A stretch of 59,702 nucleotides of DNA, counting the filler. It is 4 parts of 4 records of this genome, joined end to end, with 100 filler letters (N's around TTAATTAATTAA, not from the genome) between each part and the next. Parts side by side here need not be neighbours in the genome. Positions count along the whole stretch, not along the records: positions 46,654 to 59,702 come from SRR2962707_4225; 3 more parts are not named here. One strand, 5' to 3'. The notes under the pieces are model-generated. The model was not told the DNA's origin. It ran no database searches and worked only from the letters and a program-made list of their open reading frames with translations. Positions 47,006-59,697 of the stretch are shown piece by piece. The position numbers were made by a program, and so were the translations under genes. Within the stretch, counting starts at the first letter, position 1, and each line of letters opens with the position of its first letter.

Positions 47006-48895
47006 TTAGCGCCCCCGCAGAAACAGCTTGTCCAGTTCAGACAGGGTGACCAGGGTCCAGGTGGGACGGCCATGGTTGCACTGTCCGCTGCGCTCCGTTG
47101 CTTCCATATCGCGAAGCAACGAATTCATTTCTGGAATCGTGAGCTGCCGGTTTGCCCGCACCGACCCATGGCAGGCCATGGTGCCGAGCAATTCATGGGT
47201 GACCGCTTCAACGCGATCACTCTGGCCGTGCTCAATCAGATCTGCCAGCACATCGCGCACCAGCTGCTCAGTGTCTGCCCCTCGGAGCAATGCCGGGATC
47301 TGCCGCACTGCCAACGTCTCTGGCCCGATACGCTCAATCTGCAGACCAAGGTGCTGCAGCTCTTCACCATGGCTCTCCGCAAGCGCCGCCTCTTTCTGGC
47401 TCACTGCCAGTGACAGGGGCACCAGCAAAGGCTGGCTCTTAAGATCCTGTTCGACCAGGGCCCGCTTCATGCGCTCATAAGTAATACGCTCATGGGCGGC
47501 ATGCATATCCACCACGATCAGGCCGGCACGGCTCTGGGCCAGAATGTAGATTCCGTGCAGCTGGGCAATCGCATAACCCAGTGGCGGCTCTTCCGCATCA
47601 TCCCTGGGCGGCGTAACCGAAGCTGACGCCGCTGGCATTTCTGCCCGGGCAACGGGGGTTGAAACACCGCCACCCTCATTCAACGACTGGTAAAACGCCA
47701 TCTGATCACTGGCCCGCCACTCCTGCTGGGGTGACTGCCCGGGCGACGACGGATAAGCCTCAGTGCGTGACTGTGTGGGCCAGGGTCCCGATGTACCCGG
47801 GGCACTGAAACCGCCAGCCGAATGCTCGGGTTCAACAACCGCAGACTCACGACCAAAGGATTGGGCCGCCGCCCCACGGAGATGATCGTCCGGGCGTACA
47901 TCCGCCAGGGCTCGATGCAGAGTCCGGAAAATAAAATCGTGAACCAGCCGGCCGTCGCGGAACCGAACCTCATGCTTGGTTGGGTGAACGTTGACATCCA
48001 CCGTAGCCGGATCTACCTCCAGGTACAGCACAAATGCAGGGTGACGGTTGTTGTACAGAACGTCCCGGTAGGCCTGGCGAACTGCATGGGCGACCAGTTT
48101 GTCCCGGATCACCCGGCCATTCACAAAAAAGTACTGCAGATCTGCCTGACTGCGGGAAAAGGTCGGCAGCGCCACCCAACCCCAAAGGCGCAACCCGGTG
48201 GCCTCGGCATCAATAACCACCGCATTGTCGATAAACTGCTGGCCACACAGCGAACCAATCCGACGTTCCTTGTCCAGATCCGTCTCAGCAGGGCGCAGGC
48301 TTTGCACCACTCTCTGGTTATGACGCAGGGTAAAACCGGTATCGAACCGACTCAGAGCCTGACGGCGAACACACTCTTCAACGTGGTTGAATTCGGTTTT
48401 TTCCGTGCGCAGGAATTTGCGGCGGGCAGGAGTATTGAAGAACAGATCCCTCACTTCAACCGTGGTACCCACGGGATGGGCCGCCGGTGAGATGCGAGCA
48501 TCCATGTCGCGGCCTTCCACCTCAACACGGGCCGCCGCTTCCTGCAACTCGGTACGGGAGGTGAGGGTCAGGCGTGACACGGAGCTGATACTGGCCAATG
48601 CCTCACCCCGGAATCCCAGAGAGGCCACAGCCTCAAGATCATCCAGGGTCAGGATTTTGCTGGTGGCATGCCGGCTCAGGGCCAGAGGCAGGTCCGCCTC
48701 TTCAATACCGGAGCCGTCGTCACGCACCCGGATCAGTTTTGCCCCACCCTGCTCGATCTCCACATCGACGCGCGAGGCCCCGGCATCCAGGGCATTTTCA
48801 ACCAGCTCTTTAACAACAGAAGCAGGACGTTCTACCACCTCCCCGGCAGCAATCTGGTTGGCAAGCCGGGGGGACAGTAACTGGATGTGGGGCAT
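47006..48895 (-). CDS. mutL: DNA mismatch repair protein MutL
   Basis: [17 protein letters not shown], endonuclease motif [21 protein letters not shown]. Confidence 0.98.
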   Translation of the reverse strand: MPHIQLLSPRLANQIAAGEVVERPASVVKELVENALDAGASRVDVEIEQGGAKLIRVRDDGSGIEEADLPLALSRHATSKILTLDDLEAVASLGFRGEALASISSVSRLTLTSRTELQEAAARVEVEGRDMDARISPAAHPVGTTVEVRDLFFNTPARRKFLRTEKTEFNHVEECVRRQALSRFDTGFTLRHNQRVVQSLRPAETDLDKERRIGSLCGQQFIDNAVVIDAEATGLRLWGWVALPTFSRSQADLQYFFVNGRVIRDKLVAHAVRQAYRDVLYNNRHPAFVLYLEVDPATVDVNVHPTKHEVRFRDGRLVHDFIFRTLHRALADVRPDDHLRGAAAQSFGRESAVVEPEHSAGGFSAPGTSGPWPTQSRTEAYPSSPGQSPQQEWRASDQMAFYQSLNEGGGVSTPVARAEMPAASASVTPPRDDAEEPPLGYAIAQLHGIYILAQSRAGLIVVDMHAAHERITYERMKRALVEQDLKSQPLLVPLSLAVSQKEAALAESHGEELQHLGLQIERIGPETLAVRQIPALLRGADTEQLVRDVLADLIEHGQSDRVEAVTHELLGTMACHGSVRANRQLTIPEMNSLLRDMEATERSGQCNHGRPTWTLVTLSELDKLFLRGR

Positions 48896-48915
48896 ATCCG
48901 GGGACTACCTCTTGA

Positions 48916-50247
48916 TCAGGATGAGGGGATGCGAATGGTTTGCCCTACCATAACACGATCATCGTTCATCCCGTTAAAGCGCATCAGCTCGCTGACGGTG
49001 GTCTGATTCTCCCGGGCAACGCCCGAGAGAGTATCACCTCGCTGTATCCGGTACTGGCTGACGTCGGTGCCACCCCGGTTTTGCTGTTTTTCCCAGGCCA
49101 GCAAAGTGCCGGGAGGTGGTGTGCGACGAAAATACTGCTCGATGCCATCGAAAATGGCGTTGGCCAGCTTGTTGCGGTACCACTCGGACGCAAGATTCTT
49201 CTCTTCGGTCGGATTCGAGATGAAACCGGCCTCCACCAGAATCGAGGGGATGTCCGGCGACTTCAAAACCACAAATGCCGCCTGCTCCACCCCCTGTTTG
49301 TGAAGCTTGGCCACACGGCCCAACCGGCCCAGCACGGAATCTCCAACCCCCAGACTGGCGTTGATACTTGCGGTCATGGAGAGATCCAGCAATACCCCGG
49401 CCAGCATGTCATCACGGCCATCCAGAGAGACACCGCCGGCACCACCGATCAAATCTGAACGGTTCTCGCTCTGGGCGAGCCATCGAGCCGTTTCACTGGT
49501 GGCACCGCGCTGAGACAGCGCGAAGACGGATGCTCCCCGTGGCTGCGGCGTTCTGAAGGCATCGGCGTGCACCGACACGAACAGATCCGCGTTGTACTTG
49601 CGGGCCAGCAAGGTGCGGTTCCGCAAGCCCACGTAATAATCGCCTGTCCGAGTAAGCTTGGCAGTGAACCCTTTCTGCTGGTTGATCAGATCGGCCAGAC
49701 GCTTTGCCATTCTCAGCACGACATCCTTTTCCCGGGTCCCCCGGGGCCCGATTGCGCCCGGATCTTCGCCGCCATGACCGGCGTCGATAACCACAATAAT
49801 GTCACGCTTACCGGCAGAATCCTGGGTCACCGTCGGGCTCGTCGCCCGATCGAGACGGCTGCCCTGTTCGTCAATCAAATCGACCACCAGACGATGGCCA
49901 TACTGCTGATTCGGCTCCAGCACAAAGCTGCGAGGCTTGATATCACTTTTCAGATCCAGCACCACCCGCAAATCGTTACCATTCCTTGGCGCGCTGCGAA
50001 TACGCTGAATGGGGCTGCCGGAAAGGTCGACCTTGCTGAAATCCGTGCCGAGAGCAGCATCCTTCAGATCAATAACCAGCCGGGACGGTCCACTCAGAGA
50101 GAATACGTTGTGCTCAACCAGACCGGCAGTGTCCAGCACCAGGCGGGTATGATCCGGAGCCGGCCACAAACGCACCCCCTCGACACGGGTACCGGCCAAA
50201 ACTGTACTGGCTGAAAGCAACAGCGCCATAATCACCAAGATTTTCAT
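48916..50247 (-). CDS. amiB: N-acetylmuramoyl-L-alanine amidase (AMIN + Amidase_3 + LysM)
   Basis: [30 protein letters not shown], Lys[11 protein letters not shown]; tsaE-amiB-mutL context. Confidence 0.9.
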   Translation of the reverse strand: MKILVIMALLLSASTVLAGTRVEGVRLWPAPDHTRLVLDTAGLVEHNVFSLSGPSRLVIDLKDAALGTDFSKVDLSGSPIQRIRSAPRNGNDLRVVLDLKSDIKPRSFVLEPNQQYGHRLVVDLIDEQGSRLDRATSPTVTQDSAGKRDIIVVIDAGHGGEDPGAIGPRGTREKDVVLRMAKRLADLINQQKGFTAKLTRTGDYYVGLRNRTLLARKYNADLFVSVHADAFRTPQPRGASVFALSQRGATSETARWLAQSENRSDLIGGAGGVSLDGRDDMLAGVLLDLSMTASINASLGVGDSVLGRLGRVAKLHKQGVEQAAFVVLKSPDIPSILVEAGFISNPTEEKNLASEWYRNKLANAIFDGIEQYFRRTPPPGTLLAWEKQQNRGGTDVSQYRIQRGDTLSGVARENQTTVSELMRFNGMNDDRVMVGQTIRIPSS

Positions 50248-50741
50248 GAATCCGGCCCTATCAGTTCTATTTCATTAAGCAAGGAAGCCCCAAGCTCCGA
50301 ACGGGCGCGCAATACCACAGAGCGCCCCTGACCTTCCCGTTCAAGATGGATTTCCAGATCCGGATCAGGCAAGACTCCCTGACCACGCTCCGGCCACTCA
50401 ATAATCCGGATGCTCTGGCTGGCAAAATAATCCCGGATTCCCATGTATTCCAGTTCCTCGGGGTCACCCAGCCGGTACAGATCAAAATGGTACACCGGTG
50501 GTTCCAGGTGTTCGTAGGGTTCAACCAGTGTATAGGTCGGGCTCTTGACGGCACCCTCGTGGCCAAGCCCTCTCATAACACCACGGCTCAGGGTCGTCTT
50601 GCCCATCCCCAATTCGCCGTCGAGAAAAACGGTGAGGCCTTCCCGGGCATGACTGGCCAACCGGGCCAACTCACCACCAAGTTTTTCCGTCTCGGCCTCA
50701 TCTTCCAGAAACAACCGGCGTTCATTACCAAAAATACTCAT
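50244..50741 (-). CDS. tsaE: t6A biosynthesis ATPase
   Basis: [26 protein letters not shown]. Confidence 0.96.
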   Translation of the reverse strand: MSIFGNERRLFLEDEAETEKLGGELARLASHAREGLTVFLDGELGMGKTTLSRGVMRGLGHEGAVKSPTYTLVEPYEHLEPPVYHFDLYRLGDPEELEYMGIRDYFASQSIRIIEWPERGQGVLPDPDLEIHLEREGQGRSVVLRARSELGASLLNEIELIGPDS

Positions 50742-52300
50742 CGATTCCCCCGGTCACTAAAACATTCAGGCCGCTCCGACCTTACCAGCACCTGTGGCAC
50801 GGCTTCGATCACATCAGCCGGGAGCAGCCCCATATAGCCTTTATTCTGCCCCGCCTCATCCGCGGCCGCCAGATGTAAAGCCGCTGAAGCCATTACCGCC
50901 TGACGGGCGGACGGAATTTGCCCGAGAAATGCCCCCAGGATGCCCGACAGCACATCGCCCATGCCCCCTGTCGCCATCCCCGGATTACCGCCCGGTATTA
51001 TGCCGGGCACTCCGCTGCCAGTGGCAACAACCGTACCCGCACCTTTGAGCAGGACAATGCCATGCCACAGCTTCTGTATGCGTGCTGCCGCTCCCATCCT
51101 GTCCGCCTCGACTTCCTGAACACTGCAGCCCAGCAGCCTGGCCGCTTCTCCCGGGTGGGGCGTCAGCACATGGTTGTCCGCCGGCGCCGGGGCGCGGTCG
51201 GCCATGATGTTGAGTGCATCTGCGTCCAACACTCTGGGCTTGCCACTGGCAATAACCTGCTGCAGCATTTGCTGTCCCCAGGCGGACTGGCCGATCCCGG
51301 GTCCGCAGACCACGACATCGGGTTTCTCCAGTAAAGCCGGCAACTCAGACCCGTGGGTTACACCCCTGACCATCAACGACGGACAACGAGCCAGCGCAGC
51401 GGTAACGTATTCCGGCCGGGTGGCCAATGACACCAACCCGGCGCCGGCCCTGGAGGCCGCCTCTGCAGCCATGATACCCGCCCCGCCGAAACCGTGATCT
51501 CCCGCCACCACCAAGACATGACCGAACATGCCCTTGTGGGCGTTAGCGGGGCGTTCCGGCAACCAGGACTGGCATCGCGCCCAGGGATAAAGCTCGGCCA
51601 GGGGCATTTCCCCGCTCTGCTGACCGGCGTTAATCGCCCCCAGCGCTTCAAACATTACCTGACCACAGACACCCGCGCCTGCGCCGGTGAAGAGGCCACT
51701 CTTGGCGCCGATAAAAGTGACCGTCACATCGGCATGCACCACATCCCCTGTCGCGGCACCGGTTGTGGCATCCAGGCCGGACGGCAAATCCACCGCCAAT
51801 ACAGGCTTTCCGGATTGGTTCAACTGACCAATAACATTGGCAAAGGGCTCCCTGGGCGCGCCGGTTACTCCGGTACCGAGCATGGCATCTACCACCACCG
51901 CAGCGCTATCCATCCGCGCTTGCAAATCGGCATCGGACAGGGCACTGCCTTCAAGAATCTCGACACCATCGGCCCGGGCTTTCTGGCACGCAGACCGGGC
52001 GTCGCCCGTGAGCTTTTCCGTCGGCGCCACGGCAACACACGCCACATCAATGCCATGACGCTTAGCGTTGGCGGCCACCAGGTAACCATCACCGCCATTA
52101 TTGCCAGCTCCGCACAACACAAGCACAGGCTGCGCACCAGGCCAGAATGCCACCAGATGGCGGAACGCCGATCTAGCTGCCGTTTGCATCAATTCGAAGC
52201 CATCCACCCCCCGCTGTTCAATCAGATAGCGATCCATCGCCCGCACCGAGTCGGCGGAATAGAGCGCTTCTGGTAGACTGTGCTCGGAAACAGAGGGCAT
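50738..52300 (-). CDS. nnr: Bifunctional NAD(P)HX epimerase/dehydratase
   Basis: [47 protein letters not shown]. Confidence 0.95.
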   Translation of the reverse strand: MPSVSEHSLPEALYSADSVRAMDRYLIEQRGVDGFELMQTAARSAFRHLVAFWPGAQPVLVLCGAGNNGGDGYLVAANAKRHGIDVACVAVAPTEKLTGDARSACQKARADGVEILEGSALSDADLQARMDSAAVVVDAMLGTGVTGAPREPFANVIGQLNQSGKPVLAVDLPSGLDATTGAATGDVVHADVTVTFIGAKSGLFTGAGAGVCGQVMFEALGAINAGQQSGEMPLAELYPWARCQSWLPERPANAHKGMFGHVLVVAGDHGFGGAGIMAAEAASRAGAGLVSLATRPEYVTAALARCPSLMVRGVTHGSELPALLEKPDVVVCGPGIGQSAWGQQMLQQVIASGKPRVLDADALNIMADRAPAPADNHVLTPHPGEAARLLGCSVQEVEADRMGAAARIQKLWHGIVLLKGAGTVVATGSGVPGIIPGGNPGMATGGMGDVLSGILGAFLGQIPSARQAVMASAALHLAAADEAGQNKGYMGLLPADVIEAVPQVLVRSERPECFSDRGNR

Positions 52301-52436
52301 TTGCCGGGAACTCCCAGATACAGAAACCGGTTTAAGAAAATTGGCCAGATACCTGTAAAGCATAGCAAAACAGGAAAAAAGGTCATAACTTAATCAAATT
52401 AAATCTTCGCAGGGCCGCACCTGCCAGCAGTCCACT

Positions 52437-53525
52437 ATGGCCGTTACTCCAGAACACCCAGCTTCAGAAACGCTCCATACAGAGCTCGCGGACCTGCCTG
52501 CACAGATCCGCCGTTGGGCACGGGAGCTGGGCTTTTCCGATGCCGGGATTACCCAGGCGGAGACGGGGCCTCACGCTGAACGCCTGCAGCGCTGGCTGGC
52601 AGCAGGTTACCACGGCCAGATGGCCTACATGGCCGACCATGGCGACAAACGTTACACACCCGACTCCCTGGTACCCGGGACCACCCGGGTCATTTCCGTC
52701 CGACTGGATTACCTGCCAGCACCTGACAACCCGACACAAGTGCTTACTGACCGGGAACGGGCCTACGTTACTCGCTACGCCCTGGGGCGCGACTACCACA
52801 AACTGATGCGCAAACGCCTGGCCACGCTGGCAAAATGGATTGACGAGGCTGTCAACGGCTATGACTACCGGGCATTTGTCGACAGCGCGCCGGTACTTGA
52901 GCGCGGACTGGCGCAACGGGCCGGACTGGGTTGGATTGGCAAAAACAACATGCTGATTCACCCCAAAGCCGGTTCGTTCTTTTTTCTGGGTGAAATCTTC
53001 ACCAATGCCCCTCTGCCCCTGGATGCACCGTTCGACAGCCAACACTGCGGCTCTTGCGCTGCCTGCCTGGACGTATGCCCGACCGACGCCTTTGTAGGCC
53101 CTCACCTACTGGATGCCCGGCGCTGCATCAGCTATCTCACTATTGAACTGAAAGGACCGATCCCGGAGGAGCTGCGTTCACAAATGGGCAACCGGGTATT
53201 CGGCTGCGACGATTGTCAGTTGGTCTGCCCCTGGAACAAGTTCAACAAGCCCACCGACGAGGAAGACTTCAAACCGAGGCATGGTCTGGACAATTCATCC
53301 CTGGCGGAGCTATTCCTGTGGACCGAGCAGGAGTTTCTGAAGCGCACGGAAGGGTCAGCAATACGGCGCACCGGCTATGAAAACTGGCTCAGGAATCTGG
53401 CGGTGGGACTGGGCAACGCCCCCAGCACCATTCCGGTGGTGGAGGCACTCAAAGCCCGGGCCGACCACCCGTCGGAACTGGTCCGCGAGCACGTGGCCTG
53501 GGCCTTGAAACAGCACGGACTATAG
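52437..53525 (+). CDS. queG: Epoxyqueuosine reductase
   Basis: [46 protein letters not shown]. Confidence 0.97.
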   Translation: MAVTPEHPASETLHTELADLPAQIRRWARELGFSDAGITQAETGPHAERLQRWLAAGYHGQMAYMADHGDKRYTPDSLVPGTTRVISVRLDYLPAPDNPTQVLTDRERAYVTRYALGRDYHKLMRKRLATLAKWIDEAVNGYDYRAFVDSAPVLERGLAQRAGLGWIGKNNMLIHPKAGSFFFLGEIFTNAPLPLDAPFDSQHCGSCAACLDVCPTDAFVGPHLLDARRCISYLTIELKGPIPEELRSQMGNRVFGCDDCQLVCPWNKFNKPTDEEDFKPRHGLDNSSLAELFLWTEQEFLKRTEGSAIRRTGYENWLRNLAVGLGNAPSTIPVVEALKARADHPSELVREHVAWALKQHGL

Positions 53526-54062
53526 CTTGAAGAAATGATCCCGGTAGTGGCGCAGTTCATTGATGGAGTCACGGATATCGTCCAGAGCCAGATGACTGCC
53601 CTGTTTCTTGACGCCTTCCAGCACGTCCGGGCGCCAGCGGCGGGCCAGCTCCTTTACCGTTGAGACATCGAGATTGCGGTAGTGGAAGAAGGCTTCCAGT
53701 TTGGGCATGTATTTCACCAGAAACCGCCGATCCTGACCAATACTGTTGCCACAGAGCGGGGATTGTCCTGGCTCCAGATGTTTGCCCAGAAACTCGAGGG
53801 TTTGCTGCTCGGCCTCTGCCTCGCTGATGGTACTCTCTTTGACCCGTTGGGTCAGACCACTGGCACCATGGGTGCGGGTACACCATTCATCCATCTGCTC
53901 CAGCAGGCTGTCGGGTTGATGAATGGCAATCACCGGCCCCTCTGCCACGATATTCAGCTGGGAGTCGGTGATGATGCTGGCCATCTCGATAATGCGTTCT
54001 TGCTCGGGATCCAGACCGGTCATTTCCAGGTCAATCCAGATCAGGCGGTCGCCGTTACTCAT
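53520..54062 (-). CDS. orn: Oligoribonuclease
   Basis: [34 protein letters not shown]. Confidence 0.97.
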   Translation of the reverse strand: MSNGDRLIWIDLEMTGLDPEQERIIEMASIITDSQLNIVAEGPVIAIHQPDSLLEQMDEWCTRTHGASGLTQRVKESTISEAEAEQQTLEFLGKHLEPGQSPLCGNSIGQDRRFLVKYMPKLEAFFHYRNLDVSTVKELARRWRPDVLEGVKKQGSHLALDDIRDSINELRHYRDHFFKL

Positions 54063-54167
54063 CTCGCTGTTACCTATGCCGTTTTGTCGGGTGGATGAAG
54101 TTCTGTGTATTGTCCACGATTCACGTATGATGTGATACCCAAACGCCGGTTAACCGATTGAACGCAG

Positions 54168-55223
54168 ATGGCAAAACGACGATTGAACAAACGCCAGCAA
54201 TGGCGCATCGAAAAGATCCAGAAAGAACGGACGGTGAGAGCTGCACGCAAGGAAAAAGCGGTGGAAGAACAAGCCGCCGCCGGTGAGCTTGGCCCTGAGC
54301 AGAATGGACTGGTGATTGCTCACTACGGCCAGCAACTGGATATCGAGGCGCTTGAAGGCCCGGAATCCGGGCAGGTGTTCCGCTGTTTCGTCAGAGCCAA
54401 CATTGACAGCCTGGTGACCGGAGACCGGGTGGTCTGGCGCCCGGGCAAAAGCAAAACCGGCGTGATTGTTGCCCGCTGTGAACGGGAAAACCTGCTGCAG
54501 CGCCCGGACAACTTTGGCGCGCTAAAACCGGTGGCCGCCAATATCGACCATATCATTCTGGTCATTGCCCCCGAGCCCGAGCCCCACGACAACCTGATCG
54601 ATCGTTATCTGGTGGCGTCTGAAAGCTCTGACATTCCGGCGGTAATCCTGCTGAACAAGACAGATCTGATTAACGACGACAACCGGGATCAGATCGAAGC
54701 CCTGCTGGCCAGATATCAGGCGCTGGGCTATGAGGTGGAGCGCACTTCAGCCGCAGAAACCGCAGGCACGCCAGCCCCGGAAGTGGAAGCTCTGGTGCGG
54801 AATCAGACCAGTGTCTTTGTGGGTCAGTCCGGCGTGGGCAAGTCTTCCATCATTCAGACACTGTTACCGGATGAACTGCTACGGGTGGGCGCGGTCTCCG
54901 AGAGTACCGGCAAAGGCGTGCATACCACCACCACGGCAAAACTGTTCCACCTGCCCGGGGGGGGCGATCTGATCGATTCTCCGGGTATCCGGGAGTTCGG
55001 TCTCTGGCACATGACGCCCCAGGAAGTGGAATACGGCTTTCGGGAAATCCGGCCGCTGATCGGGCTCTGCAAGTTCCGCAATTGCCGGCACATGGGAGAT
55101 CCGGGCTGCGCTCTGGACGCAGCAGCCGAGGCTGGCGAGATTTCAGCGGAACGCCTGAAGAGCTTTCATCGCATCCTTCAGGATATGACCGATCAGCAGG
55201 CTCGTGGTCTCAAGCTCACCTGA
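54168..55223 (+). CDS. rsgA: Small ribosomal subunit biogenesis GTPase
   Basis: NKTD, GQSGVGKSS, HTTT, DSPG, C.F..C.H....C zinc finger. Confidence 0.96.
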   Translation: MAKRRLNKRQQWRIEKIQKERTVRAARKEKAVEEQAAAGELGPEQNGLVIAHYGQQLDIEALEGPESGQVFRCFVRANIDSLVTGDRVVWRPGKSKTGVIVARCERENLLQRPDNFGALKPVAANIDHIILVIAPEPEPHDNLIDRYLVASESSDIPAVILLNKTDLINDDNRDQIEALLARYQALGYEVERTSAAETAGTPAPEVEALVRNQTSVFVGQSGVGKSSIIQTLLPDELLRVGAVSESTGKGVHTTTTAKLFHLPGGGDLIDSPGIREFGLWHMTPQEVEYGFREIRPLIGLCKFRNCRHMGDPGCALDAAAEAGEISAERLKSFHRILQDMTDQQARGLKLT

Positions 55224-55239
55224 ACCCACAGAACCAACG

Positions 55240-56199
55240 CTACCAATTCAGCTCACCCGGAGCGGGCTCTTCTTTCGGTTGGAACCAGTCGCCACCTTCC
55301 AGCTGTTCCAGAGCCTGCTGCTCCTGCTCCTCCGTCGGGCGAGTAAGATCAATCAGCGGCTGATCGGAGCGCCCTGCCCCGGTCTCGATACTGTCGGCGG
55401 TCTTTTTGTTCAGAACAATAATGGAAATGCGACGGTTTACCGGAGCCGTGGGGTTGCTCCTGTCGAACAGCACCGAATCACTCAACCCCACCACCCGGGC
55501 GATCTGTTCCAGCCGGACGCCGCCAGCCACCAGCGCTCGACGCGCTGTGTTGGCGCGATCTGCCGACAACTCCCAGTTGGTGTAACCCGGTCGGCCACTA
55601 AACGGCGTGGCGTCGGTATGACCTGTGATGCTGAGCTTGTTGTTGACTGACCCCAGGGTCTTGGCCAACTCAAACAGAATGTCCTGAGAGTAGTACTTCA
55701 ACTCTGCCCGACCACTGTCGAACATGGGCCGACCGGACCGGTCTACAATCTGAATTCTCAAACCTTCATCAGTAATGTCGATCAGCAACTGATCCTTGAA
55801 CTCCTGCAGGGTCTGATTCTGTTCGATCCGTTCCTGCAACTCCTGGAAAAGCTCCTGCATTCGGCGCTGCTCCAGAGTGTCCGCCAGTTCATCCACCACA
55901 TCGTCTTCAATCTGGATGGTACTGGCTTCCTGATCCTGGGTAGATTCCTCGATGACCGAGGCACTGCCCTCAAGGTCTACCGGGTTGGGCGAGCCGCCTT
56001 CGGTAAAGCCAACAGGATCCTTGAAGTAGCCTTCGACCGCCCTTTTCTGTTCGGGGCTCGCCGTGGCGGTGAGCCAGAGCACCAGAAAAAACGCCATCAT
56101 CGCGGTCGCAAAATCGGCAAACGCAACTTTCCAGGAGCCGCCGTGATGCCCGCCGACAACCTTTTTCTTGCGTTTGATGATGATCGGCTGTTCTTCCAA
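55240..56199 (-). CDS. motB: Flagellar stator MotB (TTG start)
   Basis: HHGGSWKVAFADFATAMMAFF, GHTD, NWELSADRA, NRRI. Confidence 0.95.
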   Translation of the reverse strand: MEEQPIIIKRKKKVVGGHHGGSWKVAFADFATAMMAFFLVLWLTATASPEQKRAVEGYFKDPVGFTEGGSPNPVDLEGSASVIEESTQDQEASTIQIEDDVVDELADTLEQRRMQELFQELQERIEQNQTLQEFKDQLLIDITDEGLRIQIVDRSGRPMFDSGRAELKYYSQDILFELAKTLGSVNNKLSITGHTDATPFSGRPGYTNWELSADRANTARRALVAGGVRLEQIARVVGLSDSVLFDRSNPTAPVNRRISIIVLNKKTADSIETGAGRSDQPLIDLTRPTEEQEQQALEQLEGGDWFQPKEEPAPGELNW

Positions 56200-56229
56200 G
56201 ATACTCTCCGAGGCTAACCAGGCTTTTTG

Positions 56230-57081
56230 TTACTTTGAGCGAACGTGGTCATTGAGCTCCTGAAATCCCGGTCGCTTTTCAGTAGGGAGTGCCTTGCGCC
56301 CAAATTCGATTGCCATTTGGGGAGCCTGTCCTGACACCGTCGCGACAATGGCCGATTTAACACACTCGTAGGCTTTCAGCTCATATTTGGCGGCATGCTC
56401 AAGCGCAATCGAGGTTGGCCCGACAAAACCATACCCCATCCAGATGCCCAGAAAGGTACCAACAAGTGCGGCCGCAACGCTCAAGCCGATTTTCTCCGGC
56501 CCTTCCGTGAGGAACCCCATGGTGATAACGATCCCGAGCACGGCGGCAACAATACCCAGCCCTGGCAGAGCATCAGCAATCTTGTTGACCGCATGAGCAG
56601 GCTCTTCAAGCTCGTGCTGTCGATTTTCGATTTCGTTTTCCATCATGCCTTCCAGCTCATGCGGCGCCATATTGCCGGAGCTGATGATGCGCAGGTAATC
56701 GGTGATGAAATCCAACAGGTGTTTGGATTTCATAATCGCCGGATAACGACTGAAGATCTGGCTCGACTCCGGATTATCGATGTCCTCCTCAATGGCCATG
56801 ACGCCCTGCTTGCGGGACTTGTCGAACACCTCATAGAGCAGACTTAACAAATCCATGTAATAGGATTTATTGAAAGGAGACCCGGTCAGCAACCGGATAC
56901 ACGCCTGAAACACCTCTTTTACCGTGTGTAACGGGTTGGCGATGATAAATGAACCAACGGCCGCTCCGCCGATAATCAGGATTTCTGTCGGCTGCCACAA
57001 AACCGCCAGATTGCCGCCGTGCAGAACGTACCCACCAAGAACGCACGCAACAACGACCACAGCTCCAATGATCAATAACAT
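56230..57081 (-). CDS. motA: Flagellar stator MotA
   Basis: WQP.E, LPGLGIVAAVLG, ALVGTFLG, YGF.GP, EFGRK. Confidence 0.95.
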   Translation of the reverse strand: MLLIIGAVVVVACVLGGYVLHGGNLAVLWQPTEILIIGGAAVGSFIIANPLHTVKEVFQACIRLLTGSPFNKSYYMDLLSLLYEVFDKSRKQGVMAIEEDIDNPESSQIFSRYPAIMKSKHLLDFITDYLRIISSGNMAPHELEGMMENEIENRQHELEEPAHAVNKIADALPGLGIVAAVLGIVITMGFLTEGPEKIGLSVAAALVGTFLGIWMGYGFVGPTSIALEHAAKYELKAYECVKSAIVATVSGQAPQMAIEFGRKALPTEKRPGFQELNDHVRSK

Positions 57082-57276
57082 GGTGACTATGCACGCCTTT
57101 TGTCTGGTTAACGGCCGGGGCCGGTTACTACCCGAAGCTGGCTCAGCCGGGAACACCCAAAATGTGATCTGATAATAGCAAGCATCAACCGTAACAGCGA
57201 AGCTGTGAAACAATTTCTATACACTGCGCCGGGTTTGGTAGACTACCGCGCTTTATGATCGCAAGAGTCTCCCGGA

Positions 57277-58137
57277 ATGCTTGATAAACTGTTTGTTCTT
57301 AGCCAATACGTCACACCCCAGTTGGCGGTTTCCCGCCTGGCAGGCCGTCTGGCCGACAGCGAGAGCACTCCAGCCCTGAAAAACCGTGTGATCAAATGGT
57401 TTATCGGCCGCTATGGCGTGAACATGAGCGAGGCCGCTGAGCCAGACTTTACCGCCTACCCCACGTTCAACGCGTTTTTTACCCGTGCACTCAAGCCGGG
57501 CGCTCGCACCATAGACCCCGCACCGGAAACCCTCACCAGCCCGGTGGACGGCGCCATCAGCCAGATTGGCCAGATCAGCACAGACCGTGTATTCCAGGCC
57601 AAGGGACAGTCATTCAGTCTCACTGAACTGCTCGGCGGCGATGACGAACGGGCCGAGCCCTTCCGGGAAGGCGAGTTCGCCACTATTTACCTGTCGCCCA
57701 AGGATTACCACCGTATTCACATGCCCATGGCTGGCACCCTGAAAGAAATGGTCTACGTACCCGGGAAGCTGTTCTCAGTCAATCCGGTAACCGCCGAAAA
57801 TGTGCCGAACCTGTTCGCCCGAAACGAACGGGTGGCTTGCCTGTTCGACACCGAGGCGGGCCCCATGGCTATGGTATTGGTCGGCGCGATGATTGTGGGC
57901 AGCGTGGAAACCACCTGGGCCGGCGTGGTAGCGCGCAATTCCGGCAAAGTTATGCAATGGCAGTACCGCGGAGACGATGCCGTTCAGTTTGAAAAAGGTC
58001 AGGAAATGGGCCGTTTCCGCCTGGGCTCAACCGTCGTGCTGGTGATGCCCAAGGGTGCAGTTAAATGGCAACCGAACCAGGTGGCCGAGAAAACGGTACA
58101 GCTGGGTGAAGCCTTCGGCAAACTGAACGTCAAGTAG
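57277..58137 (+). CDS. psd: Phosphatidylserine decarboxylase proenzyme
   Basis: FNAFFTR, SPVDG, YLSPKDYHR, NER, autocleavage LGST. Confidence 0.97.
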   Translation: MLDKLFVLSQYVTPQLAVSRLAGRLADSESTPALKNRVIKWFIGRYGVNMSEAAEPDFTAYPTFNAFFTRALKPGARTIDPAPETLTSPVDGAISQIGQISTDRVFQAKGQSFSLTELLGGDDERAEPFREGEFATIYLSPKDYHRIHMPMAGTLKEMVYVPGKLFSVNPVTAENVPNLFARNERVACLFDTEAGPMAMVLVGAMIVGSVETTWAGVVARNSGKVMQWQYRGDDAVQFEKGQEMGRFRLGSTVVLVMPKGAVKWQPNQVAEKTVQLGEAFGKLNVK

Positions 58138-58143
58138 CAGGGC

Positions 58144-59112
58144 TCAGGCCCGCTCAATCGGAAACGCAATAACGTCCTGAATGTTGCGACTGCCCAGCTT
58201 GAGCATCAACAGCCGGTCAAGGCCCATGGCCACACCGGCGCATTCCGGCAGGCCTGTCTCCAGCGCTGCCAGAAAAGACTCGTCCAGCGCCATCTCCGGC
58301 TTGCCACTGGCACGCCGGAGATAGTTATCGGCGGCAAAACGGGCTCGCTGCTCGGCCGGATCGGTCAATTCCCAGTAACCATTACATAGCTCCAGGCCAT
58401 GAATGTAGAGCTCAAACCGGTGCGCCACTCTAAAGCCCTGATGCTCAGAGATGCGTGCCAGAGCGGCCTGGGAGGCGGGATAGCGGGTAATGAAAACCGG
58501 TTGCTCACAGCCCAGCTTCGGCTCCACCACGAAACTCATGACCAGATCCAGGCAGCCATCCCGGCCGAGGCCGGCCAGCTGTTCCGGCTCCAGCCACTGC
58601 TCACAGTAGCGTTCAAGGTCCCGGTCGGTGATGGTCATCGGGTCGATACCCGCAATGGACTGCATTGCCTCACGGTAGCTGAGGGTTACCGGCGGCGAGC
58701 ACTCCAGCCAGCCACAGACCAGATCTGCGACTTCCCGCATCAGCTGTTGATCGTCAAAGCCAACGCGGTACCACTCCAGCATGGAGAATTCCGGATTGTG
58801 ACGTTTGCCGCGCTCACCGTTACGAAACACCCGGGCAATCTGGAATATTGATCCTGAACCTGCGGCCAGCAGCCGCTTCATGTGATACTCAGGGGAGGTC
58901 TGCAACCACCCCCCCTGAACGCCGCCAGCGTCGACCGCAGAGGGAATGCCGTCGAGATTGACGTCGGTTACGCCGTGGCGTCCCAGCACCGGGGTTTCTA
59001 CCTCCAGCACCTGCCGCTCAGAAAAAAAGCCGCGCACGTGGGCCAGAAGCTGTGCGCGGCTTTCCAGAGCGGCCCGGGAGGCAGAGGGCTGCCAGACAGG
59101 GCGATCAGTCAT
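58144..59112 (-). CDS. epmA: EF-P lysine aminoacylase
   Basis: LQTSPEYHMKRLLA, FRNGE.G..HNPEF.MLEWY, RFE, ELCNG, GVAMGLDRL. Confidence 0.96.
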   Translation of the reverse strand: MTDRPVWQPSASRAALESRAQLLAHVRGFFSERQVLEVETPVLGRHGVTDVNLDGIPSAVDAGGVQGGWLQTSPEYHMKRLLAAGSGSIFQIARVFRNGERGKRHNPEFSMLEWYRVGFDDQQLMREVADLVCGWLECSPPVTLSYREAMQSIAGIDPMTITDRDLERYCEQWLEPEQLAGLGRDGCLDLVMSFVVEPKLGCEQPVFITRYPASQAALARISEHQGFRVAHRFELYIHGLELCNGYWELTDPAEQRARFAADNYLRRASGKPEMALDESFLAALETGLPECAGVAMGLDRLLMLKLGSRNIQDVIAFPIERA

Positions 59113-59121
59113 GATCGATGA

Positions 59122-59697
59122 TCAGCTGCTTTTGACACGGTTGACGTATTCACCGGAGCGGGTATCAACCTTCAGAACCTCACCAATGGTGATGAACAGG
59201 GGCACGTTCACAACGGCACCTGTGGACAGGGTCGCGGGCTTGGAACCACCCTGGGCAGTGTCGCCTTTCATGCCGGGATCGGTATCAACCACCTCCAGCT
59301 CGACAAAGTTCGGCGGGGTCACGGTCAGCGGCGCGCCGTTGTACAAGGTCACGGTGTAAACGTCCTGCTCTTTCAGCCACTTGACGGTATCGCCAACCGC
59401 CTTGGCATCAGCCGCGTACTGCTCGAAGGAGCCATCAGTCAGCATGAAGTGCCAGAACTCGCCATCGGTATACAGGTATTCCATATCCTGCTCGACAACG
59501 TCGGCCGCTTCCAGAGATTCTCCGGATTTGAAGGTACGCTCCCAGACCCGGTTGGTCATGAGGTTGCGCAGCTTGACCCGGTTGAATGCCTGGCCCTTGC
59601 CCGGCTTGACGAATTCATTCTCGAGCATGATACAAGGGTCGCCATCCAGCAAAACCTTGAGACCGCTGCGAAATTCGTTGGTAGAATATGAAGCCAT
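59122..59697 (-). CDS. efp: Elongation factor P
   Basis: [26 protein letters not shown]. Confidence 0.98.
   Translation of the reverse strand: MASYSTNEFRSGLKVLLDGDPCIMLENEFVKPGKGQAFNRVKLRNLMTNRVWERTFKSGESLEAADVVEQDMEYLYTDGEFWHFMLTDGSFEQYAADAKAVGDTVKWLKEQDVYTVTLYNGAPLTVTPPNFVELEVVDTDPGMKGDTAQGGSKPATLSTGAVVNVPLFITIGEVLKVDTRSGEYVNRVKSS

Noticed and set aside
47006..48895. MutL with an endonuclease motif
   Set aside because: Expected for gammaproteobacteria lacking MutH
55240..57081. motAB away from flagellar genes as a novel Zor/Tol-like defence motor
   Set aside because: Canonical MotA/MotB motifs; rsgA-motB-motA-psd linkage is also known from Pseudomonas; no ZorC/D/E-like neighbours
57105..57140. 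sigma28-like -10 (GCCGTTAA) upstream of motA
   Set aside because: No convincing TAAAG -35 at the right spacing
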